DNA of 64,000 nt, taken from the NCBI GenBank assembly GCA_000146465.1, contig CP001951.1; one strand, 5' to 3'. Of this stretch, positions 20,262 through 31,587 are shown in pieces. The notes beneath the pieces are model-generated. The model saw only the letters and a program-made list of their open reading frames with translations. It did not search any database and was not told the origin of the DNA. Both the position numbers and the translations under genes were made by a program. Every line of letters starts with the position of its first letter. Within the stretch, counting starts at the first letter, position 1.

Positions 20262-23057
20262 TTAATTTTCATAAATATTACTTGCCTCTCCTCGCCCTGC
20301 CGATCTTTGCAGTGTTTCCTTTATCCTTTCAGCCCTTTCAACAATTTCTTCCGGAACCCCTGCCATTCTTGCAACATACAACCCATGGGAGTCCCAGGAC
20401 GTCCCATCCATGAGCTTGTACAAAAACACAATGTCCTTTCCCTTAACCGTCGAATTCATATATCCATTACTGACTCCTTCAACCTCTCTGATGATCCTGT
20501 GATAATGGGTTGAAAACAGAACATGGCATCCTCTCTCCTTAAGGTAGTCCAGAACGGCCCTGGCAATGCACTCTCCGTCTCGGGTCGAAGTCCCTCGTCC
20601 AAGTTCGTCCATCATCACAAGGGAGTTTCTTGTTGAGTGCTTCAGGATGCTTGCCGTTTCCCCTAGCTCAACCATAAACGTCGATTCTCCCTTTACCAGG
20701 TCATCCCGTGCCCCTATCCTGGTAAATATCCTGTCAAAGAGAGGCGTCTCCATCTTCTCACAGCACACATCCATTCCTGCCTGGCTGAGAATTACATTGA
20801 AGCACAAAGTCCTTAATAAGGTCGACTTTCCCCCCATGTTGGCACCAGTAAGCACAAGAATTCTCTTTTGTGCATTGTAGTCATTTGCTACAAAGGTAGG
20901 ATATATTGGATTCGACATTCCACAGATGCGAAGCCCTTCCGAAAAGGTGGGGGTTGTTGCTCTGTTCCTTTGCGAAAAGGTAGTAAACGAAAGATAACAA
21001 TCTACATTTGCAAGTTCCCAGAACATCTGGCGGAAGAAAACAACATGTGGAAGAAGTACATCTATGGCTCGCCTAAGCAACGACCCCTTGGATTGGAATA
21101 TCTTCTCTTCGCACTCAACATATCTTTCAACAAGATTTTTCAAATCTCTTGTGTAGTACCTATTGGTTCCCTTGGTGGAAGACATTATGAAGTAGTCTGA
21201 TGGAACTTTCGTCTCCTTTGCTACCTCCATTTGGAATATGTCCTTTCCTACGTCTTTGAACTTTATCGATTGACATTTTAGCCTGGCCTTTTGTTCCCGT
21301 AAATATTCATTCAGGCCTTCCTCAATTTCTCTCCTTTCTTTCATCAACTGGCACAGTTCATCTCCATCCTCCTCTCCAGGAGATATTTCTGTCTCGCTCA
21401 CATCATAGATTTTACGGTGCCATTCAAGCACTTTGCTTATTTCCCGGCTGAATTCTTCTGCCTTTGCAACCATAGATTCTGCGCTATCACTTTTCTGGCC
21501 CTTCAGTGTCTGTACCAAGACATCTCCTGCCTCTCTACAGGCATCCAGACACCTAATGAATTTGTTTAGGTCCTTAGTACCCGGGTTTCCATTGAAGAGC
21601 CTTGTCAAAAGCCTCTCCCCATCCCCTATCCTCGCCAAGGCATTCTTTAGGTTAGAAACCTCCACCTCTTTGAACATACGTGCTGTTTCTTGTCTCTTTG
21701 CAATGTCCTCCCTCCTTACAAGTGGTGCTGCTATCCATCTTCTAAGGAGCCTTTGTCCAAAGGGTGTGCTAGAGAAGTCAATTGCCTTGAAGAGAGTCTT
21801 CTCCCCTGTTCCATTGTAATTGTTCTTGAATATCTCCATATTCCGGAGAGTGGCGTCATCAACAACCATGGTTCTTGCCTCGTCCTGAAGCTTCGAGATC
21901 TTTACATTCTTCAAAGCATCACTTCTCCGAAGCTTCTCCATATACTTTGCCAAATACTGGAAACATACATACTCTCTGGAGTTTGAAAACTCATACTTCT
22001 TGCTTGACACATATCCCGTCTTATCAGGCACAACCCGTGGAATCCCTGGGATGGTGAAGTCTGCAATCATCTCCCGGACATCGTGTTGGGACAGAATTGT
22101 CTTGATTCCATGTCTTGCTCTGTCATCACAGAAAGACGAAAAATACACTTCTCCAATGCTTGCATCATACAGCAAAACAGATGTATGAATCTCTCCATTG
22201 CACTTCTCTGCATAACAAATCTCATCTGTCGCCACACTCATCAAATACATAGGAATTGACGACTTCATGTAGTCTATATTGTATATCGTCCCCTGTGTAA
22301 TAATCTCCTTAAGCTCTCGCCGTATTATTTTGTCCTTGGCCATCCTGCCCTCCACTCCCTTGCTCAGCTCGTCTCTTTCTCGTATCTGCTTTCCAATCAT
22401 GTTTTCGCTTTGGTCTACTCTAGCAATCTTGTATCCGTTCTCCAGAAACTTTCTGGTCCAGTAGTCAAGACTACTCTCAGGGAACCCGGACATCTTCATG
22501 TTTACTCTATCTGTAATTCTCAGATCAAATAGTTTTGCTCCGATAAGTGCATCGTTCTCGTATAGCTCGTAGAACTTTCCCTTCTTAAAGAACACAATCG
22601 TATCAAAATGATCCTTCTTTATGTCCCAAAATTGCTTTTCAAAGGGTGTAAATCTATTGTACTCGCTCTTCGGTATCAAGAGCGTTGAGGGATCATATCC
22701 TTCTTCTCCCACTCTTCTCCCGTTTCTGTCCCTAATATCTTCCAGAAATTTATATCTCTCCTCTGTCTTCTTCTCTTCTTTTTCTTCTTTTCCTAATCCC
22801 TTGTTGCTTCTATAAGATGGCTCCACATCCGAGGGTACTATAGGTTTGGAACCATCTGCTGCCTCTTCTCTTTCCTCGGGACTTGGAGCCTTACAAATTC
22901 TCTTGTGCTCCTTGAGATCCAAAATACCAGTGGAGTTTCTGCTGTTCTCCAAATCAACCATCCGGTCCAATGTCTCCCCAGAATCCTCCTTTTTCTTCGG
23001 AGCTTTAAAGTAGTCAAATAGTGTCTTTCTTTCTTTCATTTCCTGGCCTCTTACCAC
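20262..23057 (-). CDS. MSH6: DNA mismatch repair protein, MutS homolog of MSH6 type
   Basis: The mismatch-binding domain I has GKFYELYENDA (the Phe-x-Glu motif). The ABC ATPase carries TGANMGGKSTLLR, STFMVELGETASIL and MDELGRGTSTRDG. A long basic/acidic N-terminal extension is typical of MSH6. Confidence 0.8.
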   Translation of the reverse strand: MVRGQEMKERKTLFDYFKAPKKKEDSGETLDRMVDLENSRNSTGILDLKEHKRICKAPSPEEREEAADGSKPIVPSDVEPSYRSNKGLGKEEKEEKKTEERYKFLEDIRDRNGRRVGEEGYDPSTLLIPKSEYNRFTPFEKQFWDIKKDHFDTIVFFKKGKFYELYENDALIGAKLFDLRITDRVNMKMSGFPESSLDYWTRKFLENGYKIARVDQSENMIGKQIRERDELSKGVEGRMAKDKIIRRELKEIITQGTIYNIDYMKSSIPMYLMSVATDEICYAEKCNGEIHTSVLLYDASIGEVYFSSFCDDRARHGIKTILSQHDVREMIADFTIPGIPRVVPDKTGYVSSKKYEFSNSREYVCFQYLAKYMEKLRRSDALKNVKISKLQDEARTMVVDDATLRNMEIFKNNYNGTGEKTLFKAIDFSSTPFGQRLLRRWIAAPLVRREDIAKRQETARMFKEVEVSNLKNALARIGDGERLLTRLFNGNPGTKDLNKFIRCLDACREAGDVLVQTLKGQKSDSAESMVAKAEEFSREISKVLEWHRKIYDVSETEISPGEEDGDELCQLMKERREIEEGLNEYLREQKARLKCQSIKFKDVGKDIFQMEVAKETKVPSDYFIMSSTKGTNRYYTRDLKNLVERYVECEEKIFQSKGSLLRRAIDVLLPHVVFFRQMFWELANVDCYLSFTTFSQRNRATTPTFSEGLRICGMSNPIYPTFVANDYNAQKRILVLTGANMGGKSTLLRTLCFNVILSQAGMDVCCEKMETPLFDRIFTRIGARDDLVKGESTFMVELGETASILKHSTRNSLVMMDELGRGTSTRDGECIARAVLDYLKERGCHVLFSTHYHRIIREVEGVSNGYMNSTVKGKDIVFLYKLMDGTSWDSHGLYVARMAGVPEEIVERAERIKETLQRSAGRGEASNIYEN

Positions 23058-23064
23058 CGAAAAT

Positions 23065-24165
23065 TTATACAGGCCTGGGGCTTTTTACAGATGCACTTGC
23101 AACTAGAACAAGCACAACAAAGGCTGCTACAGACATCAGCTCCAAGCTTACATCTGGAGTCCGCCCAGACAGAAGCACGCCCATAGTTACTGTGAGTGTG
23201 GAGAGAAGATGCCTCTGGAACAGCTTCATGGAGTCTTTGCTGACACATTTGTTTATGCAGGGACAATGATGATCAAACCCAAGCACACATCTCTCGCAGA
23301 TAGAGCAATGTTTGGTTCCACCAGCTTTCCGTACTAGGCACGTGTAGCAGAAATGCTCCATTGTGTATTCGTCTTGTTCTATCATCGTAGACACCAACTC
23401 CCTTGCCTCTTGGTATGTACCCACAGGACCGAACCTTGGTCTGGTCAAGAACAAACAAACCAGATTGAAGAAATACTCAAGTGTGTGGGTTGTATGCTCA
23501 AAGTCTTCTCCAAGCACCTTGTAGCTAATGTAGAAAGAATAAAACAGATTGAGATACACAGGAAGTCTTGTGCGTGCCACTCTTCCCCAGAAGATCAGAA
23601 AAACAGCAACAACTCCAACTTGCCATGCCTTCCCTAAGAAAAAAGATCCCCAGTGCATCCCTATCGATATTCCTTCTATCATCCAGATCTTATACCTGTC
23701 CGTAACTCGATTTGCTTCCAGAAACCTCTCCACATTCCTAGCACGCTTTCCCCTTGCATATACACGCAGCGTTCTTCCCTTGAAGTCTTCGACACCCGCG
23801 TCTGCACCATAGCTCAAGAGAAGAACCATTCCTAGCACATCGTCAAATCTGGCACACGTATGCAACAGCCCCATTCCACTTTTGTTCACATAGGTGATGT
23901 CTGCACCGTTTTCTATCAGGAGTTTCATAACCTTATAGTTTGAGTTGTAAAGTGCATAGTATAGGGGCGAGCTATCAAGAGCTCCTCCAACACTGTTAAC
24001 AATCCCAGGATCCTTCACCAGTCTATGGCAGACGTCCAGGTTGTTGTACATCGACGCCCAATGAATAAGACCGGTTCCATCGGAAAAACTGTAGCTGTTT
24101 GGAACCGAATCCAGAAATACTGAGCTATTTGCCATTAAGGCTGCCTTTATTTCCTCATCGTCCAT
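23065..24165 (-). CDS. AKR1: Ankyrin-repeat DHHC palmitoyltransferase (Akr1-like)
   Basis: N-terminal ankyrin repeats (LIHWASMYNNLDVCHRLV..., SPLYYALYNSNYKVMKLLIENGADI) are followed by transmembrane segments and the DHHC-CRD CSICERCVLGFDHHCPCINKCV. The stop lies 7 nt upstream of the MSH6 ATG. Confidence 0.75.
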   Translation of the reverse strand: MDDEEIKAALMANSSVFLDSVPNSYSFSDGTGLIHWASMYNNLDVCHRLVKDPGIVNSVGGALDSSPLYYALYNSNYKVMKLLIENGADITYVNKSGMGLLHTCARFDDVLGMVLLLSYGADAGVEDFKGRTLRVYARGKRARNVERFLEANRVTDRYKIWMIEGISIGMHWGSFFLGKAWQVGVVAVFLIFWGRVARTRLPVYLNLFYSFYISYKVLGEDFEHTTHTLEYFFNLVCLFLTRPRFGPVGTYQEARELVSTMIEQDEYTMEHFCYTCLVRKAGGTKHCSICERCVLGFDHHCPCINKCVSKDSMKLFQRHLLSTLTVTMGVLLSGRTPDVSLELMSVAAFVVLVLVASASVKSPRPV

Positions 24166-24268
24166 CCGATAAACAAAATAGATAAATATAAGGTTGACAG
24201 GAGGCAGGAGAAAATGAACTCCTGGAGCATCTGGGAAGGATCTAATAAAAACATATTCGGAAGACCCT

Positions 24269-25069
24269 ATGATTCATGACGAAAAGATGCTTCTGAAGTC
24301 TCTGGAACACAAAAATATAGAGGAAAAAGAGATCTTCCCCTCAATATGCTCTGTTCTTGGCCTTCAGTACTTCTCGGAGGAGAACGGAGCCCTGGCACAT
24401 ACGCTTGCAAGTCCTTCATTCATCATAGACATATCTGGATTGAGTGCAAAGCTGACTTTTGTTGACGAAAGCTTTTCAAGGTATTTTAAATATGTCGAGT
24501 TCTACTTGTGCCAACATCTTGAGAAGAGGAACATGCGGGACTTCTACTTCTACCTTAGGATGTTTGTGCGGATGGAGACGGGAAACGAGGGGCTTGAGGA
24601 AAAGGACTCGGGAGACATTTGCCAATGTGTCTTTAATGGAGGCTACTGCATAAATCCGTCTTTCAGGGATGTGGCTAAAAGTAGTACCGATGGGATTTAC
24701 GACATATACAGGCACAGATTTGAATATCACATGTACACGAAAAGATTTATCTTCCCCATTCCTGTGAATGATCCTGTAGAAGATGAGGACTCTGGCTTCT
24801 TGGTGGCCGAGGGTGTGAATGGAAAGCAAATGAATGCAAAGGTAAGCCTGAACCTGTCCAGATACTTTGGGCCCAAAGCCTTTGACCGTGAGGTGCTCAG
24901 GATACTTCCCCATATAGGCTTTTATTGGAAAGGAATGGTGGATCATGAGGAAGTGGTTGTTCGGAAGGACCTTGGTGTATATGTCAACGGAGAGCTACGT
25001 AGAGATGCAGCCTTTCTCATGAAGCTTGGGAAGAACTTGCATCTTTCTCTTAACTTCCTCAGGGACTAG
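24269..25069 (+). CDS. Hypothetical protein
   Basis: A 266-aa ORF with an ATG start. It is preceded by aaaaacatattcggaagaCCCt, the AAATTT-like box plus CCC. Confidence 0.4.
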   Translation: MIHDEKMLLKSLEHKNIEEKEIFPSICSVLGLQYFSEENGALAHTLASPSFIIDISGLSAKLTFVDESFSRYFKYVEFYLCQHLEKRNMRDFYFYLRMFVRMETGNEGLEEKDSGDICQCVFNGGYCINPSFRDVAKSSTDGIYDIYRHRFEYHMYTKRFIFPIPVNDPVEDEDSGFLVAEGVNGKQMNAKVSLNLSRYFGPKAFDREVLRILPHIGFYWKGMVDHEEVVVRKDLGVYVNGELRRDAAFLMKLGKNLHLSLNFLRD

Positions 25070-25141
25070 TCTCCCATGGCCAAGACTCTTCTTATCGCAC
25101 CCTGTACTTGAAAGTTCACAGGAGACAACCCTCCTCTCATA

Positions 25142-25645
25142 ATGCTGGTTGTGAACGGGACTGGTCTAAGAAGAAACTCAATTATAGAGTTATGTGTGTT
25201 TCCGGACATGAATGTTCATAGAATGATGGTTGAGCTGAGCAAACAGACAGACAATCCTGTATTCTTCGACACCGTTGGAAACCTAAGAGTAGTAGCAGAT
25301 GCCTCGTTTATCCTGAGCTATAGAAAACTTGTGAAGGCACTTCTGTCCCTGAAATCTAGAAGAGGATTTGTGCTGTTCATTGATTCCATTTCATTTCTTG
25401 CAGATAAATCTGTGGCAAATCTCCAGAGGTTTTACAACATTCTGTGGATGCTGATATACGAGAACGATGCCACTATTGTTGTATCGAACCACTACAGGAT
25501 CGTTAGAAATCGAGGAGCTCTTGACTTTGCACTTGAGTTGGGACAGAGGTGGAAAATGATGGTAAGCTACAGGATTATGTATAAATATGTTGGGGACAAG
25601 GTTGTTGCAAAGATCTATAGCGACGAGTTATTTGAGAAAGTTTGA
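25142..25645 (+). CDS. Hypothetical protein, possibly a divergent RecA/Rad51-fold paralog that lacks a Walker A motif
   Basis: GFVLFIDSISFLAD (a Walker-B-like hydrophobic strand plus D) and ATIVVSNHY resemble Rad51-paralog core strands. No GxxxxGK[ST] is present. The resemblance is weak. Confidence 0.3.
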   Translation: MLVVNGTGLRRNSIIELCVFPDMNVHRMMVELSKQTDNPVFFDTVGNLRVVADASFILSYRKLVKALLSLKSRRGFVLFIDSISFLADKSVANLQRFYNILWMLIYENDATIVVSNHYRIVRNRGALDFALELGQRWKMMVSYRIMYKYVGDKVVAKIYSDELFEKV

Positions 25646-25710
25646 ATACATGAAAGTTTATAAAACCAATTCACACAACCCCTGTCTTAGATGTTTTATT
25701 CTAAAGCGAC

Positions 25711-25810
25711 TGCCGATGATGAGAGCTCTTGGCTTAGGCTTGCTAGTAGGGATTAAACCCACCCTCTGCAATATCCATATGATGAGAGCAACAAAGAGTC
25801 TCTGAGGCCT
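25711..25810 (+). ncRNA. Candidate box C/D snoRNA
   Basis: C box ATGATGA at 25716..25722, C' box TGATGA at 25780..25785, D box CTGA at 25802..25805, and a short GCC/GGC terminal pairing flanking the C and D boxes. It is about 95 nt and intergenic. The D' box is degenerate (CTGC at 25765). Confidence 0.25.
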
Positions 25811-25889
25811 TCAAATTAATGTTTATTCCATCTTCCCCCATCGCTTTCCAGAAAGGTCATTGAGGCCAAGCATCATGCATCAAACTGCT

Positions 25890-26990
<1,101 letters not shown>

Positions 26991-27110
26991 TTATCGGCTT
27001 GCCATAGCATTTCATTGGGAAACATTATTCTCTAATAACACCAACAGCCCGAACGGCCATAGGCCCCAACCTACAACCAAAGGACTTCCAAACCACATAA
27101 ACATATTAAT

Positions 27111-29822
27111 TTATTCATCGAAGAATCCATTCAGAACCCTTTCGGTTTCCAGAATCTCCTCCATCTTCTCGTTATACCTTCTCCTCCCAGCCTCCACAAT
27201 GCTGTCTGCAATCCTTGTCAGAGAATGGTCTTCTCCATTGTATTTTCTGCAGTTGCTACGCATAAGCTCCAAATCGTCCAGAAACTCGTTGAATTTCCTA
27301 TACTTGTTGTGTCTGGCCTTTGTTTTGATTGTTGTTAGGTCAATTGGGTTGTCCACAATCAAGGGATAGTCTGGAAATTTCTTGATAGACACAGGCCTAT
27401 GGAATGCAATAGAATATGGAATCTGAAAGAACTGAGCAAGAAGATCCAGCATGATCTCCTGCAGATACACTCTGGCTTTTCTTTTTTCCGCTTCAATCTT
27501 CTTCTTCGTCATCTTTGCTGCAGATGCAAACTTAGGACATGCCTTGTTCGTCTTCATATGCCCCACTTGTCCACAGCTTCCACATGTCAGCACTCCCTTC
27601 CTTTCCTCGGATATTTTCTTCTTCCGTGCCTTCAAATACGCCTTGATAACACGAGGATCAGAAATCCTTTCAGTTTCTACATAGGAAGATTCCCCCTCCC
27701 CGTAAGTACGTCTAATAGTAAGGAATGTCTCTTCAGACAGCACCGTTGTCTCACTCGCCACATCTGTATTTCTTCTTCCTTCTTTATGTCTCCGGGCAAG
27801 GAAGGAATCATTAAATGGAATCTCTTCAACAGAGCTTAGAGATGCAAGCTGCTTGTTCCATATCCTGTCGATCTCTTCCTTGTATCTTAGCTGATGCTCG
27901 TTAATGATCTTCCGGTTTTCAACCTCGTTCCCTCTCTTAAGCCTGATCTTTCTAAAGCTAAACCCTTCTCCAATCCCCGTGGGGTCTCCAGGCCCGCTCA
28001 ACTCAAGAAGACCTCTTCCGTTGCATGCATTTACAAAGTTCCGGCTGAGGCACCATGGAGGCGGAACCATCTCCTCCTCATTTTCCTCATCGTCACTTTC
28101 GACAACCATTTTGTATCCCGAGTCCTGGAGTTTTCTTTCCCCTGCCAACATGCTCTCGTATTGGCATATGTTCTCGGGAGTAACAAGCTTTCTGAGATCT
28201 TCTTCTCCAAGCAATGCAGAGCTCGGCCTCAGAACCCATACATTATCTCGTCCTTTCTTAACACAGTCTGCATACTCCTTCAGCCACTTTCTCTTGCTAC
28301 CCTCGCTGAAATAAGGAAACATTTCGTCCAGCTGCGAAATCCTCAGCTCCTTGCTTCCCCCCACCTTGCTGTTGAACAAGCGGAATGCTGCAACCTTAAG
28401 TCTGTTTTTGCAGAATATATTGAGCTTTCTAGAATGCGGTGCATAAACCTCCTCCAGTGGAAACTGCTGCCCTACACAATAGAGATTGTCAATGTTTCTG
28501 TACGTCAGGAACTCCCCATCAGCCGATGACTCCACAATGCACAAGTAGTCTCTGGAGCTGTGTTTGAAAACAGGTGCAATGAACAAGTTGTTTGTGATGG
28601 CCTGTATAGATGTCCCAGGCATGACATCTCCAAACCCAGAGAATGGAGAAGGATCCTCGGGGTCCAGAATAGTGTATTGTGACTGGTCAGGCGCATACTC
28701 GTCTCTTACATTACTCTTTCTATAATAGATATTGAGTAGACTCACCATCCCCGGATTCACAAGGAAAAACGGTTCCTCCTCAGAATATTCAAACAGCGAG
28801 AACGGGCCTCCATCCTTGATTGTTAGCTCTCCCGCTTTCTTTATGATGCTTTGCCCTTTTCCCCTGTTGCCTTCCACTGCTTTGAACCTTATACCACTGC
28901 CATTTACCATAAATCTTGGCCTATGGAAGTTCCTAAGCTCCTCCCTTGTATGATTGTTTTTGTAAAACATCGGATCTAGTCGCAACGCAGGAAGAGAATG
29001 CTGAACCCCAAACGTCCCCAGGCTGTTCTTTGTCCTCGACTCCTGTCCATAATACTTGTCAAGTGAAATATTATACTTTCCCTTCAGAGGTTTGTCCACA
29101 GAAAATACCTCTTTCTGTTTCTTCTTGGGCTTTCCTTGCTTCTTCTCGTCCACCTTTTCGAAGATTAAGTTGGGGTCCTCCAAATAGAGTGTGAGAAACG
29201 ATTTGTAGTTCTTCATGTCGTTCTCATCCACAACCACGTACTTTTCCCAGTCTTCCTCCAGAATACTGTCCACCAGCTCCATGGTAACCGTATCAGAAGT
29301 CCCCAAACTTCCAATCTTGTCGGTGTCGTAGACTACATCGTTCTCCCATTCCACCAAATCAAAAGGATACTTGATCTCCTCAACCCTCTCCAAGACATCC
29401 TTGGAAACTTTCCGCTTCAAAATCTCTTTCTCAAGCTGCTTTCTCTTGAGATACTGCTTCAGTCCCGTGCTTCTTGTGGATCCTGAAAGAGCTTGAAGTG
29501 TTGTGTTGCTATCCCTTGCATATGTCATGCTGTTTCTGAACTTGCCCTGGTCATCCACTTCATAGCTCATCGACTCGTTCGGAACCTTCCGCCCTTTATA
29601 CTTCCTAAGCTTGTATTCATAGGACTTCTCAATCACCAGCAGGTCTAGAAACCCCACATTTGCAGGCCTTGTCTCCAAAGTCTCATCCCCGTCTTCCGTA
29701 GTTCTCCTTTCTCCACCCTGTGCTACCTTCCTCGAGCAGTTGTCAAACTCAGTCTGCATTCCTGGATGTTTAGGGGGATGTCTTTCAATTCCGAATCGAT
29801 GGAGAAGCAGATGTTTTTTCAA
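27111..29822 (-). CDS. TAF1: TFIID subunit TAF1-like protein (DUF3591-type core, zinc knuckle, C-terminal bromodomain)
   Basis: Zinc knuckle CGSCGQVGHMKTNKACP. The C-terminal bromodomain is YSIAFHRPVSIKKFPDYPLIVDNPIDLTTIKTKARHNKYRKFNEFLDDLELMRSNCRKYNG. Confidence 0.6.
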   Translation of the reverse strand: MKKHLLLHRFGIERHPPKHPGMQTEFDNCSRKVAQGGERRTTEDGDETLETRPANVGFLDLLVIEKSYEYKLRKYKGRKVPNESMSYEVDDQGKFRNSMTYARDSNTTLQALSGSTRSTGLKQYLKRKQLEKEILKRKVSKDVLERVEEIKYPFDLVEWENDVVYDTDKIGSLGTSDTVTMELVDSILEEDWEKYVVVDENDMKNYKSFLTLYLEDPNLIFEKVDEKKQGKPKKKQKEVFSVDKPLKGKYNISLDKYYGQESRTKNSLGTFGVQHSLPALRLDPMFYKNNHTREELRNFHRPRFMVNGSGIRFKAVEGNRGKGQSIIKKAGELTIKDGGPFSLFEYSEEEPFFLVNPGMVSLLNIYYRKSNVRDEYAPDQSQYTILDPEDPSPFSGFGDVMPGTSIQAITNNLFIAPVFKHSSRDYLCIVESSADGEFLTYRNIDNLYCVGQQFPLEEVYAPHSRKLNIFCKNRLKVAAFRLFNSKVGGSKELRISQLDEMFPYFSEGSKRKWLKEYADCVKKGRDNVWVLRPSSALLGEEDLRKLVTPENICQYESMLAGERKLQDSGYKMVVESDDEENEEEMVPPPWCLSRNFVNACNGRGLLELSGPGDPTGIGEGFSFRKIRLKRGNEVENRKIINEHQLRYKEEIDRIWNKQLASLSSVEEIPFNDSFLARRHKEGRRNTDVASETTVLSEETFLTIRRTYGEGESSYVETERISDPRVIKAYLKARKKKISEERKGVLTCGSCGQVGHMKTNKACPKFASAAKMTKKKIEAEKRKARVYLQEIMLDLLAQFFQIPYSIAFHRPVSIKKFPDYPLIVDNPIDLTTIKTKARHNKYRKFNEFLDDLELMRSNCRKYNGEDHSLTRIADSIVEAGRRRYNEKMEEILETERVLNGFFDE

Positions 29823-29836
29823 AGTAGGGGCCCCTC

Positions 29837-30382
29837 ATGAGTATCTCCGGCCCTCAAGACATTCCCCAGGAATACATAAACAACGAGAATCCTTTTGCAT
29901 ACATGAAGGAATACTTTGAAAATCCATTTTTGGATCCAGAGATCAAGCTTCGCCTCAATGCTTTGCAGCAGATGCAGCCTCGGTTTGTTCCTCTTGGAAT
30001 CAACGGTTCAGTACTCAAGGCAGAGCAGGCAGCCAAAACTAAAGCCATAGTCGAGTCCCAGATAGAGAGATTACTCCAAGAAGGAATGAGTCTAATAAAC
30101 AGCACCGATCCAGAAAGAGAGGCTGTTTTGAAGAGCAATGCCAACGACCCAAGAATCCTTGATATCTTGATTAGCATAGGTAGGCTGAAGCTCTTGAGTA
30201 ATCAGGAGAAGCTTAGAGAAAAGGTTTATTGTGCTTTGAAGAGCACGATCCCATCCGATGTGGTGGAGTCCGTTGACTATTCCTCTCCTTTGAAAGAAGA
30301 CTACCTCTTGGGTGCAATGGAGTATGGGGAACTGGAGGAGAAGTCCAATAAGACAGAGCCGTTGCCATCCCCAAACTATTAA
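29837..30382 (+). CDS. Hypothetical protein
   Basis: A 181-aa ORF tightly packed between TAF1 and RFC. No confident family. Confidence 0.4.
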   Translation: MSISGPQDIPQEYINNENPFAYMKEYFENPFLDPEIKLRLNALQQMQPRFVPLGINGSVLKAEQAAKTKAIVESQIERLLQEGMSLINSTDPEREAVLKSNANDPRILDILISIGRLKLLSNQEKLREKVYCALKSTIPSDVVESVDYSSPLKEDYLLGAMEYGELEEKSNKTEPLPSPNY

Positions 30383-30386
30383 ATCT

Positions 30387-31451
30387 TCAGATGTATCTCT
30401 TTTCGTTGAGCACACACATCGATGCTGCCACAAACCCTTCTAGATGATATATACTTTTCATTCCAAGCCTTATCCTCTCCTCATACTTCAAAGCATGGCG
30501 TGACAGGAGAAGAAACGTCTTGAAGTCCTCCCCAAGAACAAGGTTGCGCAGTAGCCCGATAAGAATGGTCCTGGGAGATATGCATGTGTTCAGAAGTGCA
30601 TACAGACTCTTTCTAATTTCAACCAGTCCTTCCGATGTCGGATTACGCTTAATGACTCCTGCCATCGACCCCACTTCTATTTCCCAATCAAGCTTCATTG
30701 CCTTACAGTTGTTCTTCGGCCTTTTTGCTTCCTTCTCGTTCATGTTAAAGCAAAACAGCTCGAGAATGCAGAGAGCCCTCCTCATGTTTCCCTCCGACTC
30801 TCTACATATCTCTTCAAGTGTTTCCTCCGGGACAGTATAGTTTTCCTTTTCCAGTATCCTACGCATGTTAGACATAATATCTTCGTCGGAAAAGCCTGGG
30901 ATTCTCAAGAAGAAGCATCTGCTTCTTATTGGCTCTATCAGCCTTGAGAGTTCGTTACACATCAATACGACACGGAGAACATTACTGTACATTTCAATTG
31001 TTCTTCTGAGGGCTGCTTGTGCCTCCAGGCTCAACTCTTCCGCAGATGTTATAACAATGAGCTTGATTGGGGTTCTTTTAGCTCTTGAAAGCATCGACAG
31101 TATAGGTTTTGTCTGCCCCATCTCCTTAATGATGTTTTGGATGACAGCCTTGTCGTGATGCCCGTACTGGGATGGAGATATCTCGACATACTCGTCAGAC
31201 TCCATGTACGACACCTCAATCTTTTTGGTTCCGCTTAGAACCTCAACCGTCCTTATCTTTGGCTCAGAGTTTCCTCCATACAAATGGTTTATCAGACACA
31301 GGAGAGTGGTTTTCTTTCCGTGCCCAGACTTCCCATGTAGTATCATGTGAGGAATTGTCTCCAGAGTATAACTTTTCAAGAGGCTCGAGATCTTGTCCCG
31401 TCCAACCACCTTATCAAACGACGTTGGCCTATACTTTTCAATCCATATCAT
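30387..31451 (-). CDS. RFC5: Replication factor C small subunit (yeast Rfc5 / human RFC3 type)
   Basis: The track ORF starts on TTG; the first ATG (MIWIEKYRPTSFDKVVG...) is at 31451. The degenerate P-loop HGKSGHGKKT is typical of Rfc5/RFC3. Sensor and box motifs are present (LIVITSAEELS, SRC-like RSRCFFLRIP). Confidence 0.8.
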   Translation of the reverse strand: MIWIEKYRPTSFDKVVGRDKISSLLKSYTLETIPHMILHGKSGHGKKTTLLCLINHLYGGNSEPKIRTVEVLSGTKKIEVSYMESDEYVEISPSQYGHHDKAVIQNIIKEMGQTKPILSMLSRAKRTPIKLIVITSAEELSLEAQAALRRTIEMYSNVLRVVLMCNELSRLIEPIRSRCFFLRIPGFSDEDIMSNMRRILEKENYTVPEETLEEICRESEGNMRRALCILELFCFNMNEKEAKRPKNNCKAMKLDWEIEVGSMAGVIKRNPTSEGLVEIRKSLYALLNTCISPRTILIGLLRNLVLGEDFKTFLLLSRHALKYEERIRLGMKSIYHLEGFVAASMCVLNEKRYI

Positions 31452-31587
31452 CTGGGGTGCATGTTCCAAGAGACCTTTTATCTAAGTATATGGTCGGGTA
31501 CCTTCTGGATTGACTGTTCCTTTACACTCTCTTCTGACACTTCTCTAAAGACGGGCTTCAGATTTCTATGCAGTAAAATACAAGTCC

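Noticed and set aside
23057-23067. Possible overlap or fusion of AKR1 and MSH6
   Set aside because: The AKR1 stop (23067..23065) precedes the MSH6 start by 7 nt in a different frame. These are simply tandem tightly packed genes, consistent with the rest of the window.
25722-25800. tRNA-like impression in the MetAP2 upstream spacer (gggattaaaccc, a possible T-arm GTGGG-TTTAATC-CCTAC on the minus strand)
   Set aside because: I could not build a cloverleaf on either strand: no matching 7-bp acceptor stem, no D-arm or anticodon arm. The box C/D interpretation fits the same sequence better.
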